In this document: piece after piece, positions 40,396 to 53,335 of the stretch | How positions within the stretch are numbered: the stretch's first letter is position 1 | How the letters are laid out: each line of letters opens with the position of its first letter | Assembly (NCBI RefSeq): GCF_006345805.1 | Contig: NC_043023.1 | Span: 1,488,001-1,552,000 of the forward strand | Length of the DNA: 64,000 bases | Reading direction: 5' to 3' | DNA from: Octopus sinensis | Lineage: Eukaryota | The notes under the pieces: model-generated | Databases searched by the model: none | What the model was told of the DNA's origin: nothing | What the model saw: the letters and a program-made list of their open reading frames with translations, nothing else | Program-made: the position numbers and the translations under genes

Positions 40396-42224
40396 TATAA
40401 CAGGCTTCTTTCAGTTTCCATCTTATTTCTTCATTGCCCACAAGGGGCTAAACATAGAAGGGACAAACAAGAACAGACAAAGGGATTAAGTCAATTATAT
40501 TGACCCCAGTGTGTAACTGGTACTTAATTTATCGACCCCGAAAGGAAGAAAGGCAAAGTCGACCTCGGCAGAATTTGAACTCAGAACATAACGGCAGATG
40601 AAATACCACTAAGCATTTCACCCGGTATGCTAATGATTCTGCCAGCTCGCCGCCTTCATTTCAGTTTCCATCCACCAAATCCATTCACAGGATTTTGGTC
40701 AGCCTAAGGTTATAATAGAAGACACTTGCCCAAGGTGCCACATCATGGGATTGAACCTCAAACCACATAGTTGAGAGGCAAGCTGCTTAACCATACAGCC
40801 ATGCCTGTGACACCACTGTCACAAAGGATATCAGTGAAACACTCCCCACCCCTGCAACTAATACTACCATCCCCACAACCACCGACACAACAACTACCAC
40901 TACAAGTCACATATTTTCATGGTTGCTGACTCCAATACAGAGGCTAATGCCACTCCACCATTCCAGCACAAAAGAGCCCCATGCTTCTGGACCCCCCATC
41001 AAAGCTGTCTGACCTCCCCACTCCATCCTAATGCAGGTCTACTCTGATACAATAAACAACAAAAAAAAAGAAAAGAAAACAGAAAAATAAAGCATGTCTC
41101 AATGTCTTGGAATTCGGTGAAGCACGAAGAAGGAGGAGGAGGAAGAGGAGGAGAATTGAAGAAGAAGAAGGAGAAGGAGGAAGAGGAGGAGGAGAATTGA
41201 AGAAGAAGAAAAAACTGGAGGAAGAAGAAGAAGAGGAGGAGGAGGAGGAAGAGGAGGGGAGGAGGAGAGAAGAAGAAGAAGAAGAAGAAGAAGAATTGGA
41301 AGAAGAAGAAGAATCAAAAGAAAAGTTGGAAGAAGCATGGAAAACAGCTGACAGTTTGTGCATGCTCCCACCTTCAGCCCCACAACCCATATCAGCAGCC
41401 TTGCACAAAACACAGACAGGGACTCCACTGGTGAAGGTGGTGGTGGTAACGGTATGAGAAGGAACTGGAACAGCTGGGAGATGGGTGAGGAGGAGATAGG
41501 GAGCAGGTTCTTCATGGAACAAAAATTTCTAATCAAATAATCCTTGAATTTCATTGGAATATATTGCTCCCCTTAAAACCCCCATCACCTGCACATATAT
41601 GTTTTTTTTAATTTGTACAAAATATTTAGGTGCAGGCTTAGTGGTGTGGTTAAGATGCTCTCTTTTCAACCACGCTGCTCCAAGTTCAATCCCAGAGTGC
41701 AACAACTCGGTCAAGTGTCTTCTACAAAAACTTTGATAGGTGAATGAATTTTGAAGATGGAAACTATGGAAGGACATTGAAGACATAATCCTAGTATTTA
41801 ATATTTTATTTATACTATTTATGCGCCCTTTTCAAGCCTAGCCAGGTTCATGGGCCCGGTTTTCCGATTTCTGTGGCGTATGTGTTCCCCCCACCCCAGC
41901 TGGATGGGATGCAAGTCAATCACAGCATTACTCAAGAAACAGGAAGAGAGAGTGAGAGAAAGTTGGGGCAAAAGAGTACAACAGGGGTCCCCACCATCCC
42001 CTGCCAGAGCCTCGTGGAACTTTTAGGTGTTTTTGCTCAATAAGCACACACAACACCCAGTCTGGGAATTGAAAACGCAATCCTCTGACTAGCTTAATTA
42101 TAACTAAGTTATTTTACTAAATTCTTTGTTATATTTAAAATTAATTGAAAAAGAACCACAGAGCATCTCAACAGAAATATGGTCACGAAAGGGTTAAGAT
42201 ATATAATAGAGAAACAATTCTTAA

Positions 42225-42446
42225 CCCTTTCATTATCAACCCGGCTGAAACTGCCTCTGGCTCTGTAGTACAAATGTCTTGTTTTCATAAGTTTTGAATT
42301 AAAATCTTCCACCAAATCTTAGTCACAATTTATGTTCCTAACACTAGTTGAATGGTAACTAAGTTATTTTACTAAATTCTTTGTTATATTTAAAATTAAT
42401 TTAAAGAAACACAGAACATCTCCAAATAAATACAGTAATGAAAGGG
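42225..42446. mobile_element. piggyBac-like MITE
   Basis: TTAA|ccctttcatta ... taatgaaaggg|TTAA. Adjacent partial copy at ~42095-42197 and related ttaaccctttag elements at ~42450-42910. Confidence 0.7.
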
Positions 42447-43409
42447 TTAACTCTTTAGCATTCAGATTACTCTGTCAAATATGAGGCTTCTTTATTCACA
42501 TTGTATTCAGCAATTGTTTATTTTTAAAATAAACATTATAGGATAGGTGTGAGAAGCTGGATTTGACTGGCTTGAACATAAAACGGGTACAAAATTTGGG
42601 GCTGGATTATGGTCAGATTTCAATAATGTGATTGTTTATTTTTAGTCAGTTTCAATGCAACACAGGTCAAATATTTTGGGCTGGACATGACCAGTTTAAC
42701 CCTTTAGTGTTCAGATTATTCTATCAAACATAATGCTTATTGATTCCCATTGATTTGAATTAATCATGCATTATCTCATATCTTCAAAATCTTGATGGTG
42801 TAATTACTTAATGTAGAATAACATTGTAGGGTAGGTGTGAGAGCCTGGATCTGGTCAGTTTGAACATAAAACAGATTAAATATTTTGGCCAGATATGGCC
42901 GGTTGCTAAAAGACAAAATCCTTTCTACTATAGACACAGCTGGTAAACTACAATGGAACAATGCATTGAAGGTGGGTGTTGATAGATCATGCTGGAGTCC
43001 TTTGACTCCCCCATGCATCTGCTCAGCTTAAGAGCCCCTAAATAAGAAAGCAAAAAAAAGGCAAAGTTGTCCTGTTTATATTCCTACAGAGGGGAATTTT
43101 CTATGTAGAATCCCATAGTCATTCACAACTAAAAGGGGATCTTTTATGAAAAGACTAGCTACATATTTCTCTGTGATTGGTCAGAGCAATGGAGACACCA
43201 TTGATGAAGACTCCACCAATAATGTCCAAAAATCAAGGCTGTGCATCATTTTTTTCCCCAGGATATGGAGAAGTAGTAAAATTTGCCATTTGTATATTTA
43301 CTACACAAGTTAAGTGTAAAGTCAAAGGAAACACTACAAAAACATTTTCTTTGATGCTCTAACCATTCTGCCACCTAATCAGTATTTATTTTTGTAGAGG
43401 AGGGCTTTG

Positions 43410-43860
43410 GAGAAGAAGAAGAAGAAGAAGAAGAAGAAGAAGAAGAAGAAGAGAAGAAGGTGAAGAAGAATTGGAAGAAGGAGAAGAAGAATTGGAAGAA
43501 GAAGAAGAAGAATTGGAAGAAGAAGAAGAAGAATTGGAAGAAGAAGGAGAAGAAGAAGAATTGGAAGAAGAAGAAGAAGAATTGGAAGAAGAAGAGAATG
43601 GAAGGAGAAGAATTGGAAGAAGGTGAAGAAGAATTGGAAGAAGAAGGAGAAGAATTGGAAGAAGAAGAGAATGGAAGGAGAAGAATTGGAAGAAGGTGAA
43701 GAAGAATTGGAAGAAGAAGGAGAAGAATTGGAAGAAGAAGAGAATGAAAGGAGAAGAATTGGAAGAAGAAGAAGAAGAAGAAGAAGAAGAAGAATTGGAA
43801 GAAGAAGAGAATGGAAGAAGGAGAAGAAGAAGGAGAGGAAAAGGTAAGAAGCAGAAGAAG
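43410..43860. repeat. (GAA)n / gaattggaa purine-rich repeat
   Basis: Direct reading; a similar tract lies at 41125-41330. Confidence 0.9.
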
Positions 43861-44899
43861 AATAACAACAACAAGGTAAATGAAGACAGGAGACAAACTC
43901 TGATGATGATGATGATGACAATGATGAAGAGGAGGAGAATGAGCAAAAAGCATGATAAAAGAATGCCATGCACAGGCAAAAACACTTGCCAACCAACCTA
44001 AAAAAACCCTACCAAAATGTGCAGCAAACATACCCTCTCCTCCACCCGCCTCCCCCACTTTGCAAGAAAAGAAAAAAAGACAAAATAAAACATGCAGAGA
44101 TGGGGTTTACATCTGTGGTTTTATAGAGTACAGTCTGGGGTGGTATGATAGAGTACGGGGGTGGTATGATAGAGTACGGGGGGGGGTGTCCCCCCCCAGA
44201 TCTGGACTGTTTCACAAGTATCAGAAGTGGGGTGGTGGTGTTCATGATGCCAATGGTGATGGTGGTGATTATGGTGGTTGTGGTTTGTGGTGATGGTGGT
44301 GGTGGTAGTGACGTTCATTATGATGGTGATGGTGGTGGCTATGGTGGTGGTTATAGTGGTGATATTGTTGGTGGTCGTAGTTGTAGTGGTGGTGGTGGCA
44401 TTGATGGTGGTGTTGGGGAGGGCGATGGTGACAGAAGCAATGGGGTGGGAGTGTTCTGATGGTGAAGATGGTAGGTTTTTTTTGGATATCTATGCAAATA
44501 AGTTAGAGATCTGATTGAAACAGAACAGAACAAGGGAGGGAGGAGGGGGAAGGGATTACTGGGAAAAAGAAATAAATAAAAAGAATCATAGCAGAAGGTG
44601 GGAGGAGACATGTATAGAGAGAGGAAGAGAGATACTAAGAGAGACAGAGACAGAGACAAACATACAGCAAGAGGAGATAGAGAGAAATATATATAAAGAG
44701 GAAAGATATATACAGGGAAAAAGACACAAAGAGTGAGACATATTGAGAGAGAGACAAAGAAAGAGAGACACTAAGAGTGAAAGACAGAGACAAACATACA
44801 GCAAGATGATATATATATATACATACATACATACACACACACACATATATATATATATATAGTAGAGAGAGAGAAATATATATACAGAGAAAAAAGACA

Positions 44900-45800
44900 C
44901 AAAAGTGAGGCATATTGAGAGAGAGAGAGAGAGAGATAGGGAAAGCTAGATAACAGGAGAAAGATAGATAGAACAATGTAGGGAGAAAGACAGAGAGAGA
45001 TGTATAGGGAGAGAGAGATATAGCAGAGAGAGAGAGAGAGGGAGAGAGAAACGCATATGGAAAGAGAGAGAGAGAGTAAGACAAAGAAGAAGAGAGACAT
45101 ACTGGAAGTAAAATCAGACGTGCATATGCATTCAGAGAGAGAGAAGGAGAGAGAGAGAGGGAGAGACAGAGAAGGGGAGAGAGAGAGACAGAGAGGGAGA
45201 GAGAGACAGAGAAGGAGAGAAGGTGAGAGAGGGAGACATAGAGGGAGAGAGAGAGAGACAGAGAAGGAGAGAAGGGGAGAGAGAGAGACAGAGAGGGAGA
45301 GAGAGACAGAGGAGAGAAGGTGAGAGAGGGAGACAGAGGGAGAGAAAGAGAGAGACAGAGAAGGAGAGAAGGGGAGAGAGAGGGAGAGACAGAGAAGGAG
45401 AGAAGGTGAGAGAGGGAGACATAGAGGGAGAGACAGAGAAGGAGAGAAGGGGAGAGAGAGACAGAGAGGGAGAGAGAGAGACAGAGAGGGAGAGAGAGAC
45501 AGAGGAGAGAAGGTGAGAGAGGGAGACAGAGGGAGAGAGAGAGAGAGACAGAGAAGGAGAGAAGGGGAGAGAGAGACAGAGAGGGAGAGAGAGACAAAGA
45601 GAGCAAGACACAGCAAAAGAGACAGGCAGGTTGAGAAGCAGAGGAGAGAGAGAGAGAGAGAGAAAGAGTGAGAGAGACATATTGGGAGGGAAAAACAGAG
45701 ACATACAAAAAGATAGAGACAGAGATAGAGGCAGAGAAAGACCCCTATTGAGAGAGAGAGAGAGGGAGAGACAGACAGACAGAGACAGAGAAAGCAGAAA
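44900..45800. repeat. GA-rich minisatellite
   Basis: Direct reading. Other GA-rich low-complexity blocks at 30880-31380 and 38490-39110; long TA/CA tracts at 8700-9500, 18650-19800, 32100-33650, 36940-37330, 46080-46760 and 59080-59700. Confidence 0.9.
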
Positions 45801-46086
45801 AAGTGATTCGGGGGGGGGGGGCAAGGTGTGTGTGTGTAGGGGTGAAATGGACAGGGTGCACATATGCGGGGTGGTGGATAGGGGGTGAGAGGATTCGCCA
45901 TTTACGGCAGACTAATCAATCAATTTGATGTGAATTTATTCCTGCCGTAAATTTGATTAAGACAAATGATGTCTTTTCTCCGACGTTCTGCAAACAACGA
46001 TAATTCTAAAGACTTCTTTCCGAGATTTGGCTCGGTTCGCTTTTACAGACTCAATGACATGGGGCGGAGGGAGTATATAGATACAT

Positions 46087-46119
<33 letters not shown>

Positions 46120-46180
46120 CACATAGGTATATGGACACACACACACACAATACGTACATAAATACATATATAATATATAT

Positions 46181-46211
<31 letters not shown>

Positions 46212-46370
46212 CAGATACACATACACTCAAATATGTAATATATATCTATACATACGTAAACATAAATGTATACATAGAGGGATATATACACACACATTTA
46301 TTTATTCAAATATATATACATACAAAAATATATTTACCAATACATAAACATATACATACATATATATATA

Positions 46371-46401
<31 letters not shown>

Positions 46402-46655
46402 CATAAATACATATATATATACATAAATACATATATTATATATACATATATATATATATATACATAATACATAAAAATATATATACATATATATATTATA
46501 TATACATAAATACATATATATACATATATATAACATACATATATATATATAATATAATATATACATATATATATATACATATATATATATAATAAATATA
46601 TATATACACAAATATATATATATACAAACACACACACCACCACACACAACACCAC

Positions 46656-46686
<31 letters not shown>

Positions 46687-47580
46687 CATACACATATGTA
46701 CATACATATATAAATAATACATATAAACAGATACAAACATACATAAATACATACATATATAAAACCAACCCAAAGTGAAATGAACCGACAACCTCAGCTA
46801 GTGCTCACACATGCACACAGCACCACACACACACCCTCCAATCCACACCACGACCACCACCACCTTTTGATGTGGTTTAGGAAGGCCTCTCCATTCTTTC
46901 TTCATTTATTTGGAATTCCGGATTAACCAATAACTTAATATTATTTATTCCTTTTCAAAAATTCATTTTATTTATTTTTTTTTTGCATATAGCCGAATAG
47001 GGTTACGGGGTCGGAGCTAAGAACATTAGGGGGTTTTTTCACTGTTTTTAAAGGGAACATTTCCTTGCTTTTGTCATTCTGAAGAGAGAGGCTGACATAA
47101 CCATATTTCCTTTTTCTTTCTTTCTTTATTTATTTCTGCGGTTCTGCTGAGATTTTTTTGATTTTTTTTATAGTTCACACCCCACCACTTGTCTGCCCTG
47201 CCCCACACAAAAAACTTTTATATTTTTTTTCGTTTTTTTTTTATTTGCTTCATATATACATTTAAAAAAAAAATTTTTGCTATATATTTCTTCCATTTGT
47301 ATTACAATTTCTTTAACTTTTTTCTCTATTGTCGCACTTTTTTTCTTCTTCGTCTGTAAAACTGTGATGCTGCAATCTGGTGAAAGATGTATAACATAGC
47401 GGAGGGGATTTTGTGAAGGGGTATTTTGCAGGGGTGGGATGGATTTCAGGGGAACAGTTTTCAGACAGTTTCCCTGTTGTTGTATAGACTTTTCTTTTGT
47501 TTTTATCATCCTGCGTTTGTCCGTTCATATTTCTGATTTACATTAGCCCTTGTGGCCAATAAAACCAGAATTAATTAATA

Positions 47581-47624
<44 letters not shown>

Positions 47625-47845
47625 CTCTTTTACTCTTTTACTCTTTTACTTGTTTCAGTCATTTGACTGCGGCCATGCTGGAGCACCGCCTTTAATCGAG
47701 CAACTCGACCCCGGGACTTATTCTTTTGTAAGCCCAGTACTTATTCTATCGGTCTCTTTTGCCGAACTGCTAAGTGACGGGGACATAAACACACCAGCAT
47801 CGGTTGTCAAGCAATGCTAGGGGGACAAACACAGACACACAAACA

Positions 47846-47889
<44 letters not shown>

Positions 47890-47893
<4 letters not shown>

Positions 47894-48630
47894 TATGACG
47901 GGCTTCTTTTCAGTTTCCGTCTACCAAATCCACTCACAAGGCTTTGGTCGGCCCAAGGCTATAGTAGATGACACTTGCCAAGGTGCCACGCAGTGGGACT
48001 GAACCCAGAACCATGTGGTTGGTAAACAAGCTACTTACCACACAGCCACTCCTGCGCATTATTATTATTATTATTATATTATTATATTATTATTATTATT
48101 ATTATAATAGTTGTTGTCATATTAATATTATTATTACTCCGCTTCGCTAAAGCAGTGGTATTGTTTTCAGTGTATTTGTTTGTCCATGGACAAGATATCT
48201 CAAGACCACTGGATGGATTCTGGATGAAACTTTCAGGGATGTTTGGTCTCATGACGGACACAAACTGATTAGATTTTGGAATGATCCATTACTAAACAAA
48301 AATACTGAATTATTTTCCCTGTTATTCACTTAATTTTTGAGAGCAGCCAGGTTCATTTTTGTTATTCTCGTTTGTGAGAGCATTCAAGTTTATTTCAGAT
48401 ATTCTCATTTCAAAAATCCTCTCGGCTAATCGTTGAGAGGACATTGTGTTGCCTTGGCAGAGGTTTGCACTCTCAGAGTGCTTGGCATTATTATTATATT
48501 ATTATTATTTTATTATTATTATGATATCATACCATAGATATGACGGGCTTCTCTCAGAAGAGACCTGATATTATGTAAATAGAGGAATTTATCTGTACAA
48601 AATAATTGTCATTATATTATATTTAATATA

Positions 48631-48661
<31 letters not shown>

Positions 48662-48836
48662 ACAATATATATGACGGGCTTCTTTTCAGTTTCCGGTCTA
48701 CCAAATCCACTCACAAGGCTTTGGTCGGCCCAAGGCTATAGTAGATGACACTTGCCCAAGGTGCCACGCAGTGGGACTGAACCCAGAACCATGTGGTTGG
48801 TAAACAAGCTACTTACCACACAGCCACTCCTGCGCC

Positions 48837-48885
<49 letters not shown>

Positions 48886-49271
48886 ATAGTTGTTGTCATT
48901 ATTAATATTATTATTACCTCCGCCTTCGCTAAAGCAGTGGTATTGTTTTTCAGTTGTATTTGTTTGTCCATGGACAAGATATCTCAAGAACCACTGGATG
49001 GATCTGGATGAAACTTTCAGGGATGTTTGGTCTCATGACGGACACAAACTGATTAGATTTTGGAATTGATCCATTACTAAACAAAAATACTGAATTATTT
49101 TCCCTGTTATTCACTTAATTTTTGAGAGCAGCCAGGTTCATTTTTGTTATTCTCGTTTGTGAGAGCATTCAAGTTTATTTCAGATATTCTCATTTCAAAG
49201 ATCCTCTCTGGCTAATCGTTGAGAGGACATTGGTGTTGCCTTGGCGGAGGTTTGCACTCTCAGAGTGCTTG

Positions 49272-49317
<46 letters not shown>

Positions 49318-49430
49318 CATATATATGACGGGCTTCTCTCAGAAGAGACCTTGATATTATGTAAATAGAGGAATTTATCTGTACAAAATAATTGTCATAT
49401 ATTATATTACATATATATATATATATATAT
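47890..49430. repeat. Near-identical ~776-bp tandem duplication
   Basis: gacgggcttcttttcag at 47897 and 48673; the copies differ mainly by 1-nt indels. Confidence 0.9.
48910..49272 (+). mobile_element. Helentron-associated (HINE/DINE-1-like) non-autonomous element
   Basis: Sub-terminal IR acctccgcc (48916-48924) / ggcggaggt (49243-49251), followed by the 3' hairpin gcactct-c-agagtgc. A duplicate copy lies at ~48135-48485. Confidence 0.55.
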
Positions 49431-51100
49431 ATAGATAATATTTATTTATATATATATAAAATCGAAGGTGCAGAAATGACATACTCTGAGGAAATTTAAA
49501 GGTAAGGTAATCCAAGGATAGAGTAAGAAAATCCATGAATCAAGTACTCCGAATCAGTCGGAAGAATGTAGGGGGTCCGTGTAAGCTTGTAGTAAATAGT
49601 GAAATAAAATAAACAAACAATAAAATTAACAATAACAAACAATGAGAGGACATGCACATGGAATGTGCTCAGTAAAAACAGGGAGTGTTTGACATTTTGA
49701 ACATAGTTCTTCATCAGAAAGGAAAAAGGGGAAAAGTCCAAAGAAAGAAAGTAAATATCACCAACAGCACATGTGTAGTTACATTGCTGATTAATTGATT
49801 GATTGACACAACTCAACCATGAACACACAACCATGAACACACCCAATTGCGTATCTGAAACAGCTGTAAGCCTATAATCTATATCTATAAAACAGTCCTT
49901 GGATGAAAATTGTATGCACATTTTGCTTTGACGGTTCATGGCAGCCAAACGGAAGCTAGGATCGAGCAGAAAATTAGCAGGGATACTAAATGCATGGTGA
50001 GGATGAGACCCACGATGGTTAAAATTCACAAGCTATAAAGATGCAGTTGCTATGGCAAAAACAGTGATTTTTTTATTGATTCAAGGGGACTTTTCAAAAT
50101 ATGATGAAGGGGCGATAACAATAAAATGCCTTATCTTGCCGGTGGCACGTAAAAAGCACCATCCGAATCGTGGCAGATGCCAGCGCCGCCTTGACTGGCT
50201 TCGGTGCTGGTGGCACGTAAAATGCACCAATCCGATCATGGCCATTGCCAGCCTTGCCTGGCACCTGTGCCGGTGACACGTAAAAAGCACCCACTACAAT
50301 CTCGGAGTGGCTGGCGTTAGGAAGGGCATCCAGCTGTAGAAACACTGCCAGATCAGACTGGAGCCTGGTGCAGCCTTCTGGCTTCCCAGATCCCTGGTCG
50401 AACCGTCTAACCCATGCTAGCATGGAGAACGGACGTTAAACGATGATGATGATGATTCTTAGGTTAATTAGAAACAGATTGCCAAGCTACACATAAACCT
50501 TCTCAGTAGTTCAATTATTTGGTGAAAAAAATACCACAAAAGCAACTTAAACCGTCCAAAGGACGAGTGCGTTTGCTAGTAATTAAATAAATCTAAATAA
50601 CTCATTATCTCTATTGTCTGAATCCCTCCGTAAAAACAGAGCATTTGAGTTGGATAATCGAATTATGGATTTACAGACATAACTGGTGATGGATTTTGAT
50701 TTGTGCTTTCAACTTCAGATTATCTGCAATACACAACCAATCACAATGCAGTTTTGTTTGCCTGGTGTATTTTTATCAGCAAGGAGCTTAAGTATTTTGC
50801 TTGATTCATTAATCCTTTATTAACCCCACTTCATCATCATCATCATCATCGTTTAACGTCCGCTTTCCATGCTAGCATGGGTTGGACGGTTCAACTGGGG
50901 TCTGGGAAGCCCAAAGGCTGCACCAGGCCAGTCAGATCTGGCAGTGTTTCTACAGCTGGATGCCCTTCCTAACACCAACCACTTCGAGAGTGTAGTGGGT
51001 GCTTTTTATGTGCCACCAACACAGGTGCCAGACGAGGCTGGCAAACGGCCATGCTCGGATGGTGTTTTTTATGTGCCACCGACACAGGTGCCAGATGAGG

Positions 51101-51144
<44 letters not shown>

Positions 51145-51251
51145 TAGAGAAAAACCACTATTATGTAAGTCAAACAATGATAAATTGAATATTTCCCTGT
51201 AAGTTTGGAGTTATACTCCCTGATATTATTATTATTATATATATGTATTAT

Positions 51252-51348
51252 TGAGGGGTGTATGAAAATATTGAGCCTCAACAGAAAAAGCATAGTACAA
51301 ACTTCTGATGAAGGTGCTAGACTTCAAAACTTTTTATACAGCCTTCTA
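51252..51348. mobile_element. Short mariner-type MITE relic
   Basis: Decayed TIRs tgaggggtgtatgaaaatattgagcct / agacttcaaaactttttatacagccttcta. Confidence 0.45.
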
Positions 51349-51406
51349 TATATATAATATATTATATATAAATATATATATATTATACTATATATATATA
51401 TATAAA

Positions 51407-51455
<49 letters not shown>

Positions 51456-51924
51456 CAATAAAGTGAAACAATTATTAATGATTTTACCAAGGGGTCAACA
51501 TGGAATTAAAACCTTCTAGGTAAATTTTACAAATATTATAGTAATTATATGCATAATTATAACACTCCAAGCGTGATAGTTGCCAGAGCAGCCGACTGGC
51601 TTCCGCACAAGTAGCACGTGAATTTGCCAGTGACATGTGAAAAAACATTTGAGCAAGGTCGTTGCCTGTGCCACTGGACTGGCTCTTGTGCAGGTGGCAG
51701 GTAAAAAACACCATATGAGCATGGCCATTGCCAGTACTGCCTGAGTGGCCCTCATGCCGGTGGTACGTAAAGCACCCACTACACTCTCAGGGTGGTTGGC
51801 GTTAAGAAGGGCATCCAGCTGTAGAGACTCTGCCAGATCAGATTGGAGCCTGGTGCAGCCATCTGGTTTGCCAGTCTCCAGGTAAATAAGCATGTGGAGA
51901 GGCTTATAGCCAATCCCTTGCAAT

Positions 51925-51958
<34 letters not shown>

Positions 51959-53175
51959 TCTTTTACTTGTTTCAGTCATTTGACTGCAGCCAGGTGAAGC
52001 ACAGCCTTTAGTCAAACAAATTGACCCCAGGTCTTATTCTTTGTAAGTCTAGTACTTTTACTGAACTGCTAAATTATGGGGATGTAAACACACTAACATC
52101 AGTTGTCAAGCTATGCTAGAGGGAGAAACACAGACATACAAATACACAGACACACATATATATATATATATCATATATGCACATAAGTGATAGGCTTCTT
52201 TTCAGTTTCCATCACTGAAATCTACTCACAAAGCTTTGGTTGGCCCGAGGCTGTAGTTGAAGACACTTGCCCAAGTTGATATGCAGTGGGACTGAACCCA
52301 GAGCCATGTGATTGGGAAGCAAGATTCTTAACCACACAGCCACTCCTGCACCTATACATACATACATACATACATACTTACATACATACATACATATATA
52401 TAAATATATATGTGTGTGAAAGCATGTGGCCATGTAGTTAGGGTGTTGTACTCCTGATTGATCTAGTGATTGCAGGTTCAAACCCAGTCTGAGCAGCAAC
52501 TTGTGTTCTTGAGCAAGACACTTCATTTCACATTGCACCAGCCCACTCAGCTGTAAATGGGTCACCCTATGATAGACTAGCCTCCCAGTCAGAGTGGATG
52601 TTGGCCTGTTTGCCTAGCCAGTGGGGTAGCATCATTGGAAGCTAAAATGAAGCAAAGTACATTATGACCAGCAATGTATACCAACATCCGATAGTCTTAG
52701 CCGATCACGTCTCAGACCATTTGATTCTGGCTTGATTCCAGCCAGCATGACCAGTACCAAAATGATTAAATCAAAACAATAAAAATAAATTTGTTTTGCA
52801 AGATTTTTGATGTAAAATCATGTGTTGAAACAGATGTTGTTGTATTTATGAATGGTCATTTTGCCAGTTTAGCCAATAATGGCTGACCGTTAGTAAGGAG
52901 AGACACACAAATAAGAAAGAAGAAAGCAAAGGACCACTGATGCGGTCACAGGAGTGTGACGAAAGAACTTTGGCTGAAATAAGATTAAGATTAATGTAAA
53001 AAATAAATAACACTGAAGCAAAATAACACCAAATATATAGTGCGTGTGTTTTTATTGGCTAAACTGGCAAAATGACCATTCCGAAATACAACAATAATAA
53101 AAATAAACAAAAGCAAAAAAAAAATATAATCTAAAAAAATAAAAACAGATAGAAACAATGAAGCGAGACACATAC

Positions 53176-53335
53176 CAGGGAGCAGTTTAGCATCTATGTC
53201 ATTCTGGAACCGAACAGAGGTTTGACCAAAGGGGCTCATCTTCATGCAAGAGGCCTTTTTGATTCTTTCAAGTGCACATCTGGGATCGTTGTAAAGTCCT
53301 GGAGCAGGATTCGTGTTCACGTGTTTAGTGAAGCG
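53176..53335 (-). CDS. STPG2: STPG2-like coding exon (RFTKHVNTNPAPGLYNDPRCALERIKKASCMKMSPFGQTSVRFQNDIDAKLLP-G)
   Basis: Acceptor ttctctttctag and donor G|gtatgt. 160 nt, phase 0-1. PAPGxYNxPR and PFGQxxxRF motifs match vertebrate STPG2 as I recall it. Confidence 0.92.

Noticed and set aside
41107-41540. Glu-rich plus-strand ORF with a short unique tail
   Set aside because: It is mostly GAA repeat, with no recognisable domain or convincing splice sites.
47168-47528. Minus-strand ORFs as possible STPG2 exons
   Set aside because: They have no PG repeat, and the candidate acceptors hit stops immediately in phase 1.
49845-49875. GAAA-cagctg-TA half-site on the plus strand
   Set aside because: There is no upstream core or stem II partner, so it is at most a truncated remnant.
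51285-51335. Apparent type-III hammerhead (CTGATGA aggt gctag actt caaaa ctttt)
   Set aside because: It needs three or more core or stem mismatches, and the 3' part is better explained as a mariner TIR.
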